A stretch of DNA of 18,753 bases from a virus (taxonomy: Duplodnaviria > Heunggongvirae > Uroviricota > Caudoviricetes), in the IMG/VR virus record IMGVR_UViG_2698536576_000004; one strand, written 5' to 3'. The position numbers and the translations under genes are program-made. Below are positions 15,348 to 18,753 of this stretch, one piece after another. Positions within the stretch are counted from its first letter, which is position 1; each line of letters opens with the position of its first letter. The notes below the pieces were generated by a model. The model was not told the origin of the DNA. It did no database searches and saw only the letters and a program-made list of their open reading frames with translations.

Positions 15348-15351
<4 letters not shown>
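15040..15351 (+). CDS. ydfR: DUF1327-family lysis-cassette protein (YdfR-like)
   Basis: 103-aa ORF between holin and endolysin. AGGAG SD. Stop overlaps the endolysin start (ATGA). Confidence 0.7.
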
Positions 15352-16375
<1,024 letters not shown>

Positions 16376-16557
16376 GGTAATATTAAATCGGAACATTTAC
16401 ATCGCTGAATGTAAAATTTAAATAAAAAGGACTCTTCCATGAGTCAAAATTTCTGAAATCTTAAGGGTAAGATAAAAGGTCTTAATCAGAATGACGCGTT
16501 TTATTAATAAATAAAGCCATTCTTTCATTGCTGTGTTTTTCTTTACAAAAGTAATCC

Positions 16558-16586
16558 TTGCTATGGGTGGTTAATCATGCGTTAAT
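16558..16586 (+). promoter_or_regulatory. cspI-like promoter (TTGCTA-17-GTTAAT) preceding a ~145-nt 5' UTR
   Basis: Same hexamer architecture as the cspB-like promoter. A/T-rich UP-like sequence upstream (16430-16550). Confidence 0.45.
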
Positions 16587-16737
16587 GGTGTTCTGGTTTG
16601 TTACAAATTTATCTGAAGCAGTCATTGTTATAATTTTATTATTTGTACCTCTTGAGATTTCCTTGTTGGTTTTTCTCTCTGATATTTTTTTTCGGACCAT
16701 TCTGCCCAAGGGCTAATTTCTTCAAAAGGTAATAATT

Positions 16738-16950
16738 ATGTCTAACAAAATGACTGGTTTAGTGAAATGGTTTAACCCTGAAAAAGGTTTTGGTTTCATC
16801 ACGCCGAAAGATGGCAGCAAAGATGTGTTTGTCCATTTCTCAGCAATTCAGAGCAACGATTTCAAAACATTAACTGAGAATCAGGAAGTTGAATTTGGTA
16901 TTGAGAACGGACCTAAAGGTCCTGCCGCTGTTCATGTAGTGGCGCTTTGA
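16738..16950 (+). CDS. cspI: Cold-shock protein (CspA family), CspI-like
   Basis: '[70 protein letters not shown]', 70 aa, with RNP1/RNP2 motifs. AAGGT SD 7 nt upstream. Confidence 0.9.
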   Translation: MSNKMTGLVKWFNPEKGFGFITPKDGSKDVFVHFSAIQSNDFKTLTENQEVEFGIENGPKGPAAVHVVAL

Positions 16951-17155
16951 GGTAGACAATATTACAAACCATATTCACTTTAGATGCCCGTGTTGTCATG
17001 GTTCCCAGTATAGAACATCATCTTTTGATGTTTCTGACATGAATCCTTTCGGGGCAAAATGTATCTTTTGTAAATCAATGATGATTACATTTGATAATAT
17101 TTCACAATACTTAAATGCCAGCCGTCTGTCGTTGGATTTAAAAAAGTGAAAATGA

Positions 17156-17177
17156 AGGCTCCTTCGGGAGCTTTTTT
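17156..17177 (+). terminator. Rho-independent terminator
   Basis: GGCTCC-TTCG-GGAGC stem-loop followed by TTTTTT (17172-17177). Confidence 0.6.
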
Positions 17178-17296
17178 GCTTGGTGTCTATTCGATGGATA
17201 CTCACATACTACGGTAACATCATGAAAAAAATCATAGTTTTTTTTAACTCTGAACCAGCAGTGGTAATGCCAGCGATGACTGGAGTTAACACCATC

Positions 17297-17452
17297 ATGC
17301 GTGAATATCCAAATGGCGAAAAAACACACCTTACTGTAATGGCCGCAGGGTTTCCATCTCTGACCGGAGATCATAAAGTCATTTATGTAGCAGCGGATCG
17401 ACATGTAACTTCAGAAGAAATTCTGGAAGCAGCAATGAGACTCTTGAATTGA
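17297..17452 (+). CDS. Hypothetical small protein (YnfN-like position between cspI and gnsB)
   Basis: ORF open from TTG 17180, with in-frame ATGs at 17222, 17267, 17276 and 17297. The 51-aa product from 17297 was chosen on size analogy to Qin ynfN; no start has a strong SD, so the start is uncertain. Confidence 0.4.
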   Translation: MREYPNGEKTHLTVMAAGFPSLTGDHKVIYVAADRHVTSEEILEAAMRLLN

Positions 17453-17624
17453 TTTGATTCTAATGCATTGATAATAAATGATAATCATCTTTATCTGTTT
17501 GTGTGAAATTTAGACCGTCGTATGTTGATTATTGCGATGTTTCATCTTATCTTTTATACGTTTGCTCCATATAATTGACACTACTGTGTACCAGGAAAGT
17601 CATAACAGACTAAAAGAGGAAATG

Positions 17625-17798
17625 ATGAACATTGAAGAGTTAAAAACAAAAACAGAAGCAGATATTTCTGAATATATAACAAAAAAAATCATTGAGCTTA
17701 AGAAAAAGACCGGGAAAGAAGTTACCAGTATCCAGTTTACTGCACGGGAAAAAATGACTGGTCTTGAAAGCTATGATATCAAGATTGATTTAATCTAG
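17625..17798 (+). CDS. gnsB: GnsA/GnsB-family protein
   Basis: 'MNIEELKTKTEADISEYITKKIIELKKKTGKEVTSIQFTAREKMTGLESYDIKIDLI', 57 aa, matches the GnsA/GnsB family pattern. AAGAGGA SD just upstream. Confidence 0.8.
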   Translation: MNIEELKTKTEADISEYITKKIIELKKKTGKEVTSIQFTAREKMTGLESYDIKIDLI

Positions 17799-17861
17799 TC
17801 TGTTTATAGTATTAGCATCAATTTCTCATCAGATGCTATTCAACAATACAAATTACCCATA

Positions 17862-17890
17862 AACCTCGTTTTTACGGGGTTTTGTTATAT
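17862..17890 (+). terminator. Possible intrinsic terminator after gnsB
   Basis: AACCTCGT-TTTT-ACGGGGTT hairpin (one G-U pair) followed by a U-rich tract TTTGTTATATTT. Weaker than the others. Confidence 0.4.
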
Positions 17891-18093
17891 TTAAACATTA
17901 CCGAATAGGTATAAATCTCGATTGTCGATGGTATTGGTTGTGTGACAATACCTAGTCTTTCCGGTATGCCTGAAGAGAATACAAACGACAGATTATGTAA
18001 GGGAAACGCGCTGAATCTTTAACTCTTTCATGCTGAGTGATTTGACGTTATATTTTTAGCCGTAAGTGAAGAGCAAACGCATGGAGCGACAAA

Positions 18094-18321
18094 ATGCATA
18101 AAGATCAATACACTGATGCCCCCTCCCAGGAGCAGGTTCGTGTAAAAACTATGCTTAATAGCACCATTTCGATGGGTTACCCGGATGTTGTAATTGCATG
18201 TATAGAACATCAAGTGTCTCTGGAAGCATTCAGGGCAATTGAGGCCGCGTTAGTAAAGCACGATAAGAATACGAAGGATTTGGATTTGCCCCTATATTTC
18301 CAGACACCTGTTATCACTTAA
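18094..18321 (+). pseudogene. Prophage gene truncated by IS2 insertion (native coding sequence ends at ~18280; last 13 codons are IS2-derived)
   Basis: The ORF reads continuously into the IS2 terminal inverted repeat that begins at 18281, so '[13 protein letters not shown]' is encoded by IS2 end sequence. Native part '[14 protein letters not shown]...VKHDKNTKD'. Confidence 0.6.
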
Positions 18322-18753
18322 CCCATTACTGGCCTGCTGCCGCAGATATTCCCGTGGCGAGCGATAACCCAGTGCACTATGCGGATGCCATTCGTTATAA
18401 TGCTCGAACGCCTCTGCAAGGTTCTTTGCTGCCGTTAACCCGTCTGGTTTAGGCATGATACTGATGTAGTCACGCTTTATCGTTTTCACGAAGCTCTCTG
18501 CTATGCCGTTACTCTCCGGCCTCCGCACCGCCGTGTTCTTCGGTTCAAGCCCCAACATCCGGGCAAACTGCCGTGTTTCATTAGCCCGGTAGCATGAACC
18601 ATTATCCGTCAGCCACTCTACTGGAGACGCCGGAAGCTCGTTGCCGAAGCGGCGTTCCACCGCTCCCAGCATGACGTCCTGTACTGTTTCACTGTCGAAG
18701 CCGCCCGTAGTGACTGCCCAGTGCAGTGCCTCACGGTCACAGCAGTCCAGCGC
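18281..18753 (-). mobile_element. IS2 (IS3 family) insertion sequence, partial; runs off the window's right edge
   Basis: Terminal sequence 'TGGATTTGCCCCTATATTTCCAGACACCTGTTATCACTTAACC' at 18281-18323 matches the IS2 inverted-repeat end as recalled. The adjacent minus-strand ORF matches the IS2 OrfB (InsD) C-terminus. Confidence 0.9.
18292..18753 (-). CDS. insD: IS2 transposase OrfB (InsD), C-terminal part; N-terminus lies beyond the window
   Basis: '...[62 protein letters not shown]...[29 protein letters not shown]' matches the InsD C-terminus as recalled (DDE integrase core). Reading frame stays open to the window end. Confidence 0.85.
   Translation of the reverse strand, partial: ALDCCDREALHWAVTTGGFDSETVQDVMLGAVERRFGNELPASPVEWLTDNGSCYRANETRQFARMLGLEPKNTAVRRPESNGIAESFVKTIKRDYISIMPKPDGLTAAKNLAEAFEHYNEWHPHSALGYRSPREYLRQQASNGLSDNRCLEI

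Noticed and set aside
16996-17205. Minus-strand 69-aa ORF after cspI
   Set aside because: It spans the plus-strand terminator hairpin and is antisense to the zinc-ribbon frame. Composition atypical.

Overview
This window reads as the early, replication, late-regulation and lysis regions of a Qin/Kim-type lambdoid prophage from an Escherichia/Shigella-like host. All assignments rest on reading the sequence and ORF translations against remembered protein and RNA families; no searches or computations were run, and GC content was judged by eye. Leftward (minus strand) early arm: integrase, excisionase-like protein, an 823-aa exonuclease, ydfD-like, dicB, the DicF small RNA, a ydfB/C-region ORF, ydfA-like and the DicA-like repressor. 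Rightward (plus strand): DicC-like Cro analogue, YdaT-like protein, a replication initiator with an internal iteron array (putative ori), a small wHTH protein, a strongly AT-rich 518-aa P-loop NTPase, hokD-type toxin, rem-like, a DUF968 protein, Q antiterminator with a late promoter/terminator pair, cspB-like, holin, ydfR-like, SAR endolysin, Rz/Rz1 spanins, cspI-like, gnsB-like, and a gene cut by an IS2 copy that runs off the right edge. The strongest candidate for an undescribed system is the AT-rich NTPase (8604-10160), which sits where K-12 Qin (as I recall it) carries relBE and looks like horizontally acquired cargo, possibly a single-gene anti-phage/abortive-infection function. No tRNA, rRNA or CRISPR array was recognised. 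The integrase abuts the left edge, so the attachment site is outside the window.
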